Shown: piece by piece, positions 30,325-39,794 of the stretch
Layout of the letters: each line of letters starts with the position of its first letter
Numbering within the stretch: position 1 is the first letter of the stretch
Source: Faecalibacterium sp. CAG:74
Lineage (GTDB): Bacteria > Bacillota > Clostridia > Christensenellales > Aristaeellaceae
Direction: 5' to 3'
Assembly (NCBI GenBank): GCA_000437595.1
Contig: FR899900.1
Location: 133,729-197,728 of the forward strand
Length of the DNA: 64,000 nt
Made by a program: the position numbers and the translations under genes
Notes under the pieces: model-generated
What the model saw: only the letters and a program-made list of their open reading frames with translations
What the model was told of the DNA's origin: nothing
The model's database searches: none

Positions 30325-30756
30325 ATGCTGGGCTTTCTTTCTGCAATTCTGGCAGGCGCGGCGATGAGCGTGCAGGGCGTAATGAACACGCGCCTTGGCG
30401 AAAAGGTGGGTACGCTGGAGACGAACGCATTTGTGCAGCTGATCGGTTTTTTGCTGGCGCTGCTCATCGCGGTTTTCTTCGGCAAAGGCAACATCCGACT
30501 ATTGCCGCAAGCGCCGTGGTATGCGTGGCTGGGCGGTGTACTCGCGCCGGTTATCACGCTGACAGTGATGTGGGCGATTGGCAGCCTGACACCGACGGTC
30601 GCAATTTCCGCAATTTTGCTCTCACAATTGACCGTTGCCGCGCTGATTGACGTATTCGGCTGGCTGGGCGCGGAGAAAATGCCGTTCTCGTGGGAGAAGT
30701 GGGTCGGCGTGGCGCTGATGGTGGGCGGTGTCATCCTGATGAAAATCAAGACGTGA
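30325..30756 (+). CDS. DMT-superfamily small membrane transporter (DUF606/YdcZ-like)
   Basis: 143 aa with four hydrophobic helices. The start was trimmed to ATG 30325 after CAGGAGGTGTCGTTTG. Confidence 0.6.
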   Translation: MLGFLSAILAGAAMSVQGVMNTRLGEKVGTLETNAFVQLIGFLLALLIAVFFGKGNIRLLPQAPWYAWLGGVLAPVITLTVMWAIGSLTPTVAISAILLSQLTVAALIDVFGWLGAEKMPFSWEKWVGVALMVGGVILMKIKT

Positions 30757-30904
30757 TACGGCAAACGCGCGGAAATCAGCAGGATTCCGGGCGATTTTCC
30801 GCGAACGCTTCTGACCCATGCGACAAACACAGCCATTTTTCTTCGCAGGAAACAGGCAATCAAATGGCGAAACCTCCTGCGCAGAAAAACAGGAGGTACT
30901 TTTT

Positions 30905-31231
30905 ATGCTGCAATCCATCCGCGATGGCGATCGGCTGATTGTGCGCATCGGCGGCGAGCTCGACCACTTCTGCGCACAGAGCGTTCGCCGCGACTTAGAC
31001 GCGCTGCTGCTTGACCGCTCCGTCCGCACGCTGATTCTGGACTTCTCGTCGCTGACGTTCATGGACTCCTCCGGCATCGGGGTTGTCCTGGGGCGCTATC
31101 GGCTGCTGCGCGACCGGGGCGGGCACGTCGCGATTGTGGGCATGAACCCGCACATCGCTCGGCTATTCCACATGTCCGGGCTTGACCGGATTATCCGCCA
31201 GCTGGACAAGCATCAGGAGGCGCAAGCATGA
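30905..31231 (+). CDS. spoIIAA: anti-sigma factor antagonist, STAS domain (SpoIIAA-like)
   Basis: 108 aa, close to SpoIIAA throughout (LDFSSLTFMDSSGIGVVLGRY). RBS ACAGGAGGT. Confidence 0.85.
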   Translation: MLQSIRDGDRLIVRIGGELDHFCAQSVRRDLDALLLDRSVRTLILDFSSLTFMDSSGIGVVLGRYRLLRDRGGHVAIVGMNPHIARLFHMSGLDRIIRQLDKHQEAQA

Positions 31232-31665
31232 GCCATCACAACGAAATGGAAATCCGATTTCTCTCCCTGCCCGAAAACGAAGCCTTCGCGCGCGTCGTGA
31301 TTGCCGCCTTTGCCGTCCAGCTCTCCCCGACTGTCAGCGAAATTGCCGACATCAAGACCGCCGTCTCCGAAGCTGTCACGAACGCCATCGTCCACGGTTA
31401 CGAGGGCACGCGCGGCACGGTTATCCTGCGCGCAAGCATTGACGGCACGCTGCTGACCATTGAAATCACCGACAAGGGACGCGGCATCGCCGACATTCCG
31501 CAGGCGATGGAGCCGTTTTTTACCACGCACCCCGAACAGGAACGAAGCGGCATGGGTTTTGCCGTCATGCAGACGTTCATGGACGACCTGCGCGTTACAT
31601 CCACTCCCGGTCAGGGCACAACCGTGCGGATGAAGAAGCGGATTCTGACGACGCCGATTATGTAA
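31228..31665 (+). CDS. spoIIAB: anti-sigma F factor / serine-protein kinase (SpoIIAB-like)
   Basis: 145 aa, with strong similarity to SpoIIAB over its full length (ESFARV.., TAVSEAVTNAIVHGYE, ERSGMGFAVMQTFMDDL). Its start overlaps the spoIIAA stop. No sigma gene follows. Confidence 0.85.
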   Translation: MSHHNEMEIRFLSLPENEAFARVVIAAFAVQLSPTVSEIADIKTAVSEAVTNAIVHGYEGTRGTVILRASIDGTLLTIEITDKGRGIADIPQAMEPFFTTHPEQERSGMGFAVMQTFMDDLRVTSTPGQGTTVRMKKRILTTPIM

Positions 31666-31672
31666 AAGAAAT

Positions 31673-31706
31673 GGACTGCTCCGCATTTGAGAGCAGTCCA
31701 TTTTCT
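31673..31706. terminator. bidirectional rho-independent terminator
   Basis: AAATGGACTGCTC..GAGCAGTCCATTTT hairpin between convergent genes. Confidence 0.75.
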
Positions 31707-32935
31707 TATGCTTTTTTCTGCTTGCGAATGTCAAGCACCGCGTCGAGGATATCCTCAGCGAGCTGCTTTTTCGTCCGCAGCGGATACTCGGTCTGGCTGT
31801 CCGGCGTGATGAGCGTGGCAATGTTCGTATCAACATTGAATCCTGCGCCGGGCTGGCTGACGTCGTTCAGAACAATCAGGTCAAGATGCTTGCTTTCCAG
31901 CTTCCGATGCGCGTTTTGGAGCAGGTTCTCCGTTTCCGCCGCGAAGCCGACAAGCACCTGCCCCGGCCTTTTCGCCGCACCGACCGCCGCCGCAATATCC
32001 GGGTTCTCCACCAGCTCGACAACGAACGGCTGTCCGTCGTGCGCCTTCTTGTGCTTCTGCGGATACGTCACGGCGAAGCGGTAATCCGCCGGAGCCGCCG
32101 CTTGAATCACAACGTCCATGTCGGGCGCAGTCGTCGTGACCGCGTCGAACAAATCCTGCGTGCTTTCCACACGGCGGATGTCAATGCCGTCCGGCACGGG
32201 CGCTGTTGTGCTGCCCGCAATCACCGTCACCTGCGCGCCGCGGTTTCTCGCCGCCTCAGCAAGGGCAAAGCCCATTTTGCCGGAGGAATCATTGGTCATG
32301 TAGCGCACAGGGTCAAGGCGTTCGCGCGTTGCCCCTGCTGTCACCAGCACACGCAGACCCGCGAAATCGCGCTTCGGGCAGAGCAGGGAGACAATCGCGC
32401 GCACGATGGTTTCCGGCTCACTCATGCGGCCCGCACCCGTATCGCCGCACGCCAAAAAGCCCGCTTCCGGCCCTGCAAAATGCACGCCGCGGGCTTTCAA
32501 GGTCTGCACGTTCTGCTGCGTCACCGCTGCCGTCCACATGCCGGTGTTCATGGCAGGGGCAAGCAGAATCGGCGCTTTCGTCGCCAAGACGGTGGTGGAC
32601 AGCATATCGTCCGCAATGCCGCACGCCATCTTCGCCATGATATTCGCCGTCGCGGGCGCAATGGCAAAAACATCCGCGCGTTTCGCCAGCGCGATATGCT
32701 CCACCTCCCATGTCTCCGGGCGCGCGAACGTGTCCGTGACGACGGGATGGTTGCTCAGCGTTTCAAACGTCAGCGGCTGCACAAACTGCGCCGCGTTTTT
32801 CGTCATGATGACGTGCGTCTCCACGCCGAGCTTGCGCAGACGGGAGACAATTTCGCAGCTCTTGTAGACCGCGATGCCGCCCGTTACGCCCAGCACCACA
32901 TGCCGCCCGCGCACGTCGGGAAGTTCACAGCACAT
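31706..32935 (-). CDS. coaBC: bifunctional phosphopantothenoylcysteine decarboxylase / phosphopantothenate-cysteine ligase
   Basis: 409 aa with an N-terminal flavoprotein domain (GVTGGIAVYK) and a C-terminal DFP ligase domain. Confidence 0.9.
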   Translation of the reverse strand: MCCELPDVRGRHVVLGVTGGIAVYKSCEIVSRLRKLGVETHVIMTKNAAQFVQPLTFETLSNHPVVTDTFARPETWEVEHIALAKRADVFAIAPATANIMAKMACGIADDMLSTTVLATKAPILLAPAMNTGMWTAAVTQQNVQTLKARGVHFAGPEAGFLACGDTGAGRMSEPETIVRAIVSLLCPKRDFAGLRVLVTAGATRERLDPVRYMTNDSSGKMGFALAEAARNRGAQVTVIAGSTTAPVPDGIDIRRVESTQDLFDAVTTTAPDMDVVIQAAAPADYRFAVTYPQKHKKAHDGQPFVVELVENPDIAAAVGAAKRPGQVLVGFAAETENLLQNAHRKLESKHLDLIVLNDVSQPGAGFNVDTNIATLITPDSQTEYPLRTKKQLAEDILDAVLDIRKQKKA

Positions 32936-33158
32936 CGACGTCCTGATCCTCGTTTTCGTCGTTCGGTTCGTCGTAGGTAATCAGACCACGGTTGATTTCC
33001 TCCACCGCCGTCTTAAGCGGCTTCATGCCTTCATTGTCCAGCAGGGGCTTGCTGCCGCCGATAATCTGACGGCCGCGCTTGCTCGCCTCCACCACGAGGG
33101 TATAGCGGGAATCAGCGTGCTTGAGCAGCTCCAGAACGCAGGGTTCGACAATCGACAT
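32925..33158 (-). CDS. rpoZ: DNA-directed RNA polymerase subunit omega
   Basis: 77 aa, and the conserved gmk-rpoZ-coaBC gene order. Confidence 0.8.
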   Translation of the reverse strand: MSIVEPCVLELLKHADSRYTLVVEASKRGRQIIGGSKPLLDNEGMKPLKTAVEEINRGLITYDEPNDENEDQDVDVL

Positions 33159-33212
33159 AGGGTGTTCCTCCTTTTATGTTCAGCCGCAATTGCGGCAGGA
33201 AACGCTTTTATC

Positions 33213-33815
33213 TTACTCCGGGATTTCAACGGTGTAGCGCGCCGTGTTGTAGCGCTCCGCCTCGATGATGCCTGCAATCCGCGCAGCACAGGCGGCTACG
33301 TCATCGTTGATGACATTGTAGCGGTAGTGATTTTTGAGGGCGATTTCGCGCACGGCGATTTCCTGCCGCATGGCGATCTGCTCCGGCGATTCCGTGCCGC
33401 GCCCTTCCAGACGGCGGTGCAGCTCCGACATGCTCGGCGGCAGGATGAAGATGCTCACGCAGTCCTTCTCGCGCGCAATCACCTGCTCCGCGCCCTGCAC
33501 GTCAATATCCAGTACGACATTCTGCCCCTGCGCCAAGCGGCGGCTAACCTCACTGCGGAGCGTGCCGTAGTGGTGAGCGAACACCGGCGCATACTCAATG
33601 AACTCATCGTTTTCGACGCGGCGCGCAAATTCCTCTTCGCTGATGAAGTAATATTCGCGCCCGTTTTCCTCGCCCGGACGGGGCGAACGGGTCGTTGCGC
33701 TGACAGAAAAAACCAGTGAATCGTCATGCGCCATCAATTCCTTGATGACGGTGCCCTTCCCGGTGCCGGACGCGCCGGAAATGACCAGCAGCATACCCTT
33801 TCGTGCTTCACTCAT
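33213..33815 (-). CDS. gmk: guanylate kinase
   Basis: P-loop GASGTGKGT and guanylate kinase motifs. The start was trimmed to MSEARKGMLLVISG. Confidence 0.9.
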   Translation of the reverse strand: MSEARKGMLLVISGASGTGKGTVIKELMAHDDSLVFSVSATTRSPRPGEENGREYYFISEEEFARRVENDEFIEYAPVFAHHYGTLRSEVSRRLAQGQNVVLDIDVQGAEQVIAREKDCVSIFILPPSMSELHRRLEGRGTESPEQIAMRQEIAVREIALKNHYRYNVINDDVAACAARIAGIIEAERYNTARYTVEIPE

Positions 33816-33840
33816 GTTGCCATTCCCCTTCATGCTGGTA

Positions 33841-34710
33841 TCACACCGCATTTTGAATCTGTTCGCGCATCTTTTCAATCTCGCTCTTGAGATTGACGAC
33901 GTTCTGCGCCATTTGCGCGTCGGAGCATTTGCTGCCAATGGTGTTGGCTTCGCGGTTCATTTCCTGAATCAGGAAATCCATCTTCTTGCCCGTTTCGCCG
34001 GATACATCCAGATACACATGCATCTGCGCGATGTGGCTTTCGAGGCGCGACAATTCCTCGTCGATGGCGCATTTGTCCGCCATCAGCGCAACCTCCTGTG
34101 CCAGCCGCGCCGGGTCAACGGGTTCAATCGGCAGACGCGCCAGCCGTTCGGTCAGGCGCAGCCGGTATTCCTCCACCACCTGCGGGGCACGCGACGCAAT
34201 CTGCTCCCGCAGCGCCGCCGCCGCATCCAGGTGCACCTGCAAATCATCCCGCAGATGTGTCCCTTCGCGGATGCGCATGTCCGTGAGGTGCTGCATCGCC
34301 AGCGCCGTCACTTCGCGGCACTGTGCGGTGAGTGCTTCTTCATCCAGCGCACGTTCCGTCACAGTCGTCACGCCGTCGAGCTGCATCAGGCGGCTGACGG
34401 TCAGGTCATTCGCCGCGCCCGTCGCCGCTTGCAGCGTATTTGCCGCCTGCATGTACGCCGCGGCAAGCGTCTCATCCACCGTCACATCGCTGTCAGAACC
34501 GCTGATGCGCCGGAGTGTCAGCTGCACGTCCACATGTCCGCGGCAAAGCGGCGCAAGCGTCTTGCGAATCGTTTCCTCCAGGAAGGTCAGACCGCGACCG
34601 AGCCGCATGGACAAGTCCAGAAAGCGATGGTTCACCGCCCGAAGCTCCACTGTCATCTCCCAGTCGCCCTGGCGAGATGTCTCCTTGCCATATCCGGTCA
34701 TGCTCTGCAT
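33841..34710 (-). CDS. yicC: YicC/YloC family endoribonuclease
   Basis: MQSMTGYGK N-terminus and a YicC_N plus DUF1732 C-terminal domain. RBS GGGGAGGG. Confidence 0.85.
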   Translation of the reverse strand: MQSMTGYGKETSRQGDWEMTVELRAVNHRFLDLSMRLGRGLTFLEETIRKTLAPLCRGHVDVQLTLRRISGSDSDVTVDETLAAAYMQAANTLQAATGAANDLTVSRLMQLDGVTTVTERALDEEALTAQCREVTALAMQHLTDMRIREGTHLRDDLQVHLDAAAALREQIASRAPQVVEEYRLRLTERLARLPIEPVDPARLAQEVALMADKCAIDEELSRLESHIAQMHVYLDVSGETGKKMDFLIQEMNREANTIGSKCSDAQMAQNVVNLKSEIEKMREQIQNAV

Positions 34711-34910
34711 CCGGCAATCCCTCCCCTTCAGAAAATTTATTATACCACGTCCCGCCGCACTTTGCAAGTAGTTTCCCGTATTTGCGCGACTTCAGCTTTT
34801 TCGCATTGCAATCTTGACACGCAGTCGGTACGGTGTTATACTTTGGAACATCCGCGTATGTTTTTTCTTTGTTTTTCGCCAATTTGTCATGCGCAGGGAG
34901 GATGCAGCCC

Positions 34911-36227
34911 ATGAAACTCGACCGGAAGAAAATGCTGCTCATCAGCTTCATGCTCTTTTCACTCTTTTTCGGTGCGGGAAATTTGATTTTCCCGCCTTTT
35001 TTAGGGCAGAACGCGGGCAGCAGCACTGTCAGCGCCATGCTGGGTTTTCTCGCGACAGCGGTGATTCTGCCAGTGCTGGGCGTCATCGTTGTGGCGCGGT
35101 TCGACGGGCTGGAGCAGCTCGCACAGCACGCGGGGAAGAAGTTCTCCCTGATTTTCACCGTCCTCATCTACCTGTCGATTGGGCCGGGGCTGGGCATTCC
35201 GCGCGCGGCATCCGTGCCGTTTGAGATGGCGGTCGCGCCGTATCTGCCGCAGGACGCGAACATCCGCGTGTGGATGGTGGTGTATTCGCTGGTGTTCTTC
35301 CTGGTTGCACTGTGGCTGTGCATGACGCCGGGCAAACTCGTCAGCCGCATTGGAAATTTTCTCACGCCGTCGCTGCTGATTCTGCTCGTGTTTCTCTTCA
35401 TCAGCTTTCTGTTCCGCGGTCAGGTCAACATTGCCGCGCCGCAGACGGAATACAGCGCCGCCCCGTTCCTCAAAGGCTTCTCCGAAGGCTACCAGACGAT
35501 GGACACGATTGCCGCGCTGAATTTCGGCTTAGTGATTGCCACGACGCTGGGCAGCTTCGGGCTGACGCAGCGCAAGGATGTACTGCGTCACACGGTTAAG
35601 GCTGGGCTTTTCGCCGGATTGATTCTCTCCGCCGTCTACATGATGCTCAGCTACATGGGCATGTGCTCCTCCGGCGTGTACGACATTCAGGAGAACGGCG
35701 CGTGGACGCTGCGGTGCATCGTTTTCCAGCTCTTCGGCGAACCCGGCGCGTATCTGCTCGCCGCCATCTTCACGCTCGCCTGCCTGACGACGTGTGTCGG
35801 GCTGATTAACTCCATCTCGCAGTATTTCTCGCACCTTTTCTCCCGCATCAGCTACCGCAAGTGGGTCTTTCTCATTATTGGCTTTTCCTTCCTGATTTGC
35901 GATCTGGGTCTGACGGTCATTTTGAGCATTTCCATCCCGATTCTGAACGCCATCTATCCGATTGCGATTGTGCTGATTCTGCTGGGCATAACGCACCGCG
36001 TGTGGGCAAAGAACCGCTATGTCTACCCGATTGTTGTCGCCGGGACGGGCGTCGTCAGCGTGCTGTACGCGCTGGACACACTGCACCTGCCACTGGGCAT
36101 CCTCGGCACCCTCTGTCACGCGCTGCCGCTGTATGAGCACGGCTTCGGCTGGGTGAGCGTCGCGCTGGCGATGCTGCTGATTGCCCTGCCGATGCCGCGA
36201 ATCTTCGCAAAGCAGAAGCGCGCTTGA
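34911..36227 (+). CDS. brnQ: branched-chain amino acid transport system II carrier protein (LIVCS family)
   Basis: 12-TM protein with the FGAGNLIFPP motif typical of BrnQ. RBS GGGAGG. Confidence 0.85.
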   Translation: MKLDRKKMLLISFMLFSLFFGAGNLIFPPFLGQNAGSSTVSAMLGFLATAVILPVLGVIVVARFDGLEQLAQHAGKKFSLIFTVLIYLSIGPGLGIPRAASVPFEMAVAPYLPQDANIRVWMVVYSLVFFLVALWLCMTPGKLVSRIGNFLTPSLLILLVFLFISFLFRGQVNIAAPQTEYSAAPFLKGFSEGYQTMDTIAALNFGLVIATTLGSFGLTQRKDVLRHTVKAGLFAGLILSAVYMMLSYMGMCSSGVYDIQENGAWTLRCIVFQLFGEPGAYLLAAIFTLACLTTCVGLINSISQYFSHLFSRISYRKWVFLIIGFSFLICDLGLTVILSISIPILNAIYPIAIVLILLGITHRVWAKNRYVYPIVVAGTGVVSVLYALDTLHLPLGILGTLCHALPLYEHGFGWVSVALAMLLIALPMPRIFAKQKRA

Positions 36228-36284
36228 CAATTTCGGCGACTTCCTATACAATAGAAGCGTATGATATAAGGGAGCGAGTGACCC

Positions 36285-38222
36285 ATGAATACTCTTAACA
36301 AGACTTTTCTGCCCGTGACGCTGGACGAATGCCACGCGCGCGGCTGGGATGCGCCCGACTTTGTGTATGTCTGCGGCGACGCGTATGTAGATCACCCGTC
36401 GTTCGGGCTGGCGATTATCAGCCGCATTCTGGAGAAGGCAGGCTATCGCGTGGCAATGCTCTGTCTGCCGCCGTGGCAGGATGCTTCCGCGTTCAAGCAG
36501 TTCGGCAAGCCCCGGCTTGGCTTTCTGGTGTCCGCGGGCGTGATTGACAGCATGGTCAACCACTATACCGTCGCGAAAAAGCGCCGCCACGACGATGCCT
36601 ACGCCCCCGGCGGCAAAGGCTTCATGCGCCCCGACCGCGCGACCATCGTCTACTGCAACCGAATCCGGCAGGCGTACCGCGATGTGCCGATTCTCATCGG
36701 CGGCGTGGAAGCGAGCCTCCGCCGTTTCTCCCACTATGACTATTGGGACGACAAGGTGCGCCACAGTATTCTGGTGGACTCCGGTGCGACGCTGCTGATG
36801 TACGGCATGGGCGAAACGAGCATCATCGAATGCGCAAACTGGGTGGCGGACGGCATGAATCCGGCAGAACTGCCGAAAATGCGCGGCATCTGCTACATGA
36901 GCAAGACGCCTGACCCGACGTGCGTTCAGCTGCCAAGCCATCAGGAGGTCAGTACCGACAAGCGCAAGTACGCCGAAGCGTTCGTCATCCAGTACGACGA
37001 GCAGGACCCGATTCGCGGCAAGCGCATGTGTCAGCAGCAGGACACGGATCGGTATCTGATACAGAATCAGCCGTGCCTGCCGCTGAGCCGTGAAGCCCTC
37101 GACGCGGTGTACGACCTGCCCTACACGCGCACTTATCACCCGATGTACAAGGCGGAAGGCGGCATCCCAGCGCTGCAGGAGGTCGAATTCTCGATTGCCT
37201 CCACGCGCGGATGCTTCGGCTCGTGCAATTTCTGTGCCATCACGTTCCATCAGGGGCGCATCATCCAGAGCCGCAGCCCCGAAAGCATCCTCCGCGAAGG
37301 GCAGCTGCTGACACAGCTGCCGAATTTCAAGGGCTATATTCACGATGTCGGCGGCCCGACGGCGAATTTCCGCAAGCCTGCGTGTCCAAATCAGCTGAAA
37401 GTCGGCGCGTGCAAGCATCGGCAGTGCCTGTTCCCGCAGCCGTGCAAGAACTTGCAGGTTGATCACGAGGAATTTCTGTCCATCCTCAAGCAGCTCCGCG
37501 AGCTGCCGAAGGTGAAGAAGGTGTTCGTCCGCAGCGGCCTGCGCTACGACTACATCATGTCCGACAAGAACCCGACGCGCTTCCTGCGCGAATTCTGCAA
37601 GTACAACGTGTCGGGGCAGCTGAAAGTCGCGCCGGAACATGTCTGCCCGTATGTACTTGACCGCATGGGCAAGCCGCGCCGCGAGCTGTACGACGCATTC
37701 GTCGCGCGGTATCAGCAGGTGAACGAGCAGTTGGGCTTAAAGCAGTACTTAATCCCCTACCTGATGAGCAGCCACCCCGGCAGCGACCTGAACGCCGCGA
37801 TTGAGCTGGCGTGCTACCTGCGCGACACGGGGTTCTACCCGGAGCAGGTGCAGGACTTCTACCCGACGCCCGGCACGCTTTCGACGTGCATGTTCTATAC
37901 CGGGCTTGACCCGCGCACCATGCAGCCCGTTTTCGTCGCGCGGTCGCCGGAGGAAAAGGCGATGCAGCGCGCGCTGATGCAGTACAAGAATCCGCAGAAT
38001 CAGCCGCTGGTGCGCAAGGCGCTTCGGATTGCGAGGCGCGAAGACCTGATTGGCTACGGCAAGCAATGCCTTGTGCCGCCGGAGCGCGATATGCGGGACG
38101 ATCGCTATCCAACGCGTCCGGGCGACAATCCAGCGCACGCGCGCAAGGCGATTCGCCACCCCGACAAGCGGCAGCAAAACAGCGAAAAGCCGCAGAACCG
38201 CCGTCAACGGAGAGGATACTAA
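36285..38222 (+). CDS. ygiQ: YgiQ family radical SAM protein (UPF0313)
   Basis: 645 aa, with an N-terminal YgiQ domain, a radical SAM core (CFGSCNFC), and a basic C-terminal tail. Confidence 0.85.
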   Translation: MNTLNKTFLPVTLDECHARGWDAPDFVYVCGDAYVDHPSFGLAIISRILEKAGYRVAMLCLPPWQDASAFKQFGKPRLGFLVSAGVIDSMVNHYTVAKKRRHDDAYAPGGKGFMRPDRATIVYCNRIRQAYRDVPILIGGVEASLRRFSHYDYWDDKVRHSILVDSGATLLMYGMGETSIIECANWVADGMNPAELPKMRGICYMSKTPDPTCVQLPSHQEVSTDKRKYAEAFVIQYDEQDPIRGKRMCQQQDTDRYLIQNQPCLPLSREALDAVYDLPYTRTYHPMYKAEGGIPALQEVEFSIASTRGCFGSCNFCAITFHQGRIIQSRSPESILREGQLLTQLPNFKGYIHDVGGPTANFRKPACPNQLKVGACKHRQCLFPQPCKNLQVDHEEFLSILKQLRELPKVKKVFVRSGLRYDYIMSDKNPTRFLREFCKYNVSGQLKVAPEHVCPYVLDRMGKPRRELYDAFVARYQQVNEQLGLKQYLIPYLMSSHPGSDLNAAIELACYLRDTGFYPEQVQDFYPTPGTLSTCMFYTGLDPRTMQPVFVARSPEEKAMQRALMQYKNPQNQPLVRKALRIARREDLIGYGKQCLVPPERDMRDDRYPTRPGDNPAHARKAIRHPDKRQQNSEKPQNRRQRRGY

Positions 38223-38230
38223 TTGCATAA

Positions 38231-38281
38231 AGACCGCCCTCGGATGCAGTCAAATTCGACTGTCCGAGGGCGGTTTTTTCA
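38231..38281. terminator. bidirectional rho-independent terminator
   Basis: AGACCGCCCTCGGA..TCCGAGGGCGGT hairpin followed by TTTTTT. Confidence 0.75.
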
Positions 38282-38282
38282 A

Positions 38283-38960
38283 TTATTGCAACAGCCGCTG
38301 CGCCATGCTTTCTACGTCTTCCAGCGTCAGGAGCGTGATCGAGCCGAACGGCGCGTTGAGCAGCACTTCAACCGCACGGCGGTAGCGCGTCAGCAAATCC
38401 ACCAAGGCGGGCAAATCGCACGGCTGCTTGTCGTTTTTCGCCTGCATGAGCTGCCCCGCCAAATCGAAAAAGCAGTCACCCAGCAGGTGCAGGACGATGC
38501 CCGCCACGCCGCGAATCTCCGTGAACAGTGTGCCGCTCTGGACACCCTGCGCAATCGTTTGTTCCAGCAGCGGGTGGAAACGGTCGGACAGCGCGTCCAA
38601 GTACGTCAAAGCCATCGCGCGTCCTTCCGGCGAAGTGGCCATCGGCAGGAGCATCGCCGTGAACGCCGCGTCTTCATCGCGCATCGGCAGACACGCCGAC
38701 AGCAGCAGATTCAGCCGCGCAAGGTCATCCGGCGCATCCGCCAATTGGGCTTCGGCACGTTCCGCCGATTCCTGCGCGTGCTGGTGACTGAGCAGCGTCA
38801 TGATTTCTTCCTTGCTGGCGAAATGGTGGTAGATGCCGCCCTTGCTGACGCCCGCCGCACGGACGATTTCCTGCATACTGGCGGCTTCGTAGCCCTTTTG
38901 GCAGAAAAGCTGCTCTGCCGCCCGCAGAATCTCCCGTTTCGTTTCGTCACCCTTGCGCAT
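38283..38960 (-). CDS. TetR/AcrR family transcriptional regulator
   Basis: N-terminal TetR HTH (ILRAAEQLFCQKGYEAASMQEIVRAAGVSKGGIYHHF). The start was trimmed to MRKGDETK after GGGAGGAAG. Confidence 0.85.
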   Translation of the reverse strand: MRKGDETKREILRAAEQLFCQKGYEAASMQEIVRAAGVSKGGIYHHFASKEEIMTLLSHQHAQESAERAEAQLADAPDDLARLNLLLSACLPMRDEDAAFTAMLLPMATSPEGRAMALTYLDALSDRFHPLLEQTIAQGVQSGTLFTEIRGVAGIVLHLLGDCFFDLAGQLMQAKNDKQPCDLPALVDLLTRYRRAVEVLLNAPFGSITLLTLEDVESMAQRLLQ

Positions 38961-38976
38961 GTGATGCTTCCTCCCG

Positions 38977-39309
38977 TTACTCCGCGTTTTCGCGGTGCAT
39001 GGAGCGCTCCGACGAAAAGCCGTTCGGATAGCGCCCATGCAGTTTGTTAAGATTCCCCTGCAAAATTTCGCTCAGCGGCACATTCAGCCCCTGCGCCGCC
39101 TCCGCCAAGTACCATGCGACGTCGCCAAGCTCCTTTTTCAGCTTCTCCTTATCCAGCGGATGCCCCTGAAAGCGGTGCTTTTTGAGCAAATCAATCGCTT
39201 CGCCGCTCTCGCCGCAAAGCCCCATCAGCGCGTTTTCCAACACATCCTGCGGATTCAGCGCTGGATTAAGCAGGGACATGGCCTCCTGCTGATAATCATC
39301 GACATTCAT
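38977..39309 (-). CDS. MazG-like nucleotide pyrophosphohydrolase family protein
   Basis: 110 aa all-alpha NTP-PPase signature (EAMSLLNP...ELGDVAWYLAEAA). The start was trimmed to MNVDDYQQEA. Confidence 0.65.
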   Translation of the reverse strand: MNVDDYQQEAMSLLNPALNPQDVLENALMGLCGESGEAIDLLKKHRFQGHPLDKEKLKKELGDVAWYLAEAAQGLNVPLSEILQGNLNKLHGRYPNGFSSERSMHRENAE

Positions 39310-39794
39310 TGCGCCTGCTCCTTCCGCTGCATGAGTTCCAGCCCCATTTTGCCCGTGATTTGCTCCGGCGTCAGCACCATCAGGCACAGGCGGCTGGCAA
39401 ACTGCGTATATTCCACTTCGGCGGCGGATTCATCCGGATAGAAGCGCTTCGCCAGCGCAATGCACAGGTCATGCTTCTGCTTTTCGTCCGTCACGATGGC
39501 GATTCGCCCCTTGACGATGACGCTTCGGTACGCGGTCGTGTACTTCTCCGGAATCACGTCGTCCGCGTCAATCACGCAGAAGGACGCGCGGTTATCGCGG
39601 CGGATGCAGTCGATTTTCTGCCCTTCGAGCGCGCCGTGAAAGACAATCACGCCATCCACCAGCGCATAGGACAGCGGCACGCCGTACGGGAAGCCATCAA
39701 GGGAAATCAGCGACAAAACACCGCTGGTCGCCCGGCGAAGCACCTGCTCGCATTCTTCTTGGCACAATGCCTGTTTGTTCCTGCGCATGGTCAT
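39306..39794 (-). CDS. pyridoxamine 5'-phosphate oxidase family (FMN-binding split barrel) protein
   Basis: 162 aa with the PNPOx-like pattern (VLSLISLDGFPYGVPLSY..IVFHGA). Confidence 0.65.
   Translation of the reverse strand: MTMRRNKQALCQEECEQVLRRATSGVLSLISLDGFPYGVPLSYALVDGVIVFHGALEGQKIDCIRRDNRASFCVIDADDVIPEKYTTAYRSVIVKGRIAIVTDEKQKHDLCIALAKRFYPDESAAEVEYTQFASRLCLMVLTPEQITGKMGLELMQRKEQAQ

Noticed and set aside
35529-37640. 703-aa minus-strand ORF
   Set aside because: Antisense to brnQ and ygiQ, which are both well supported.
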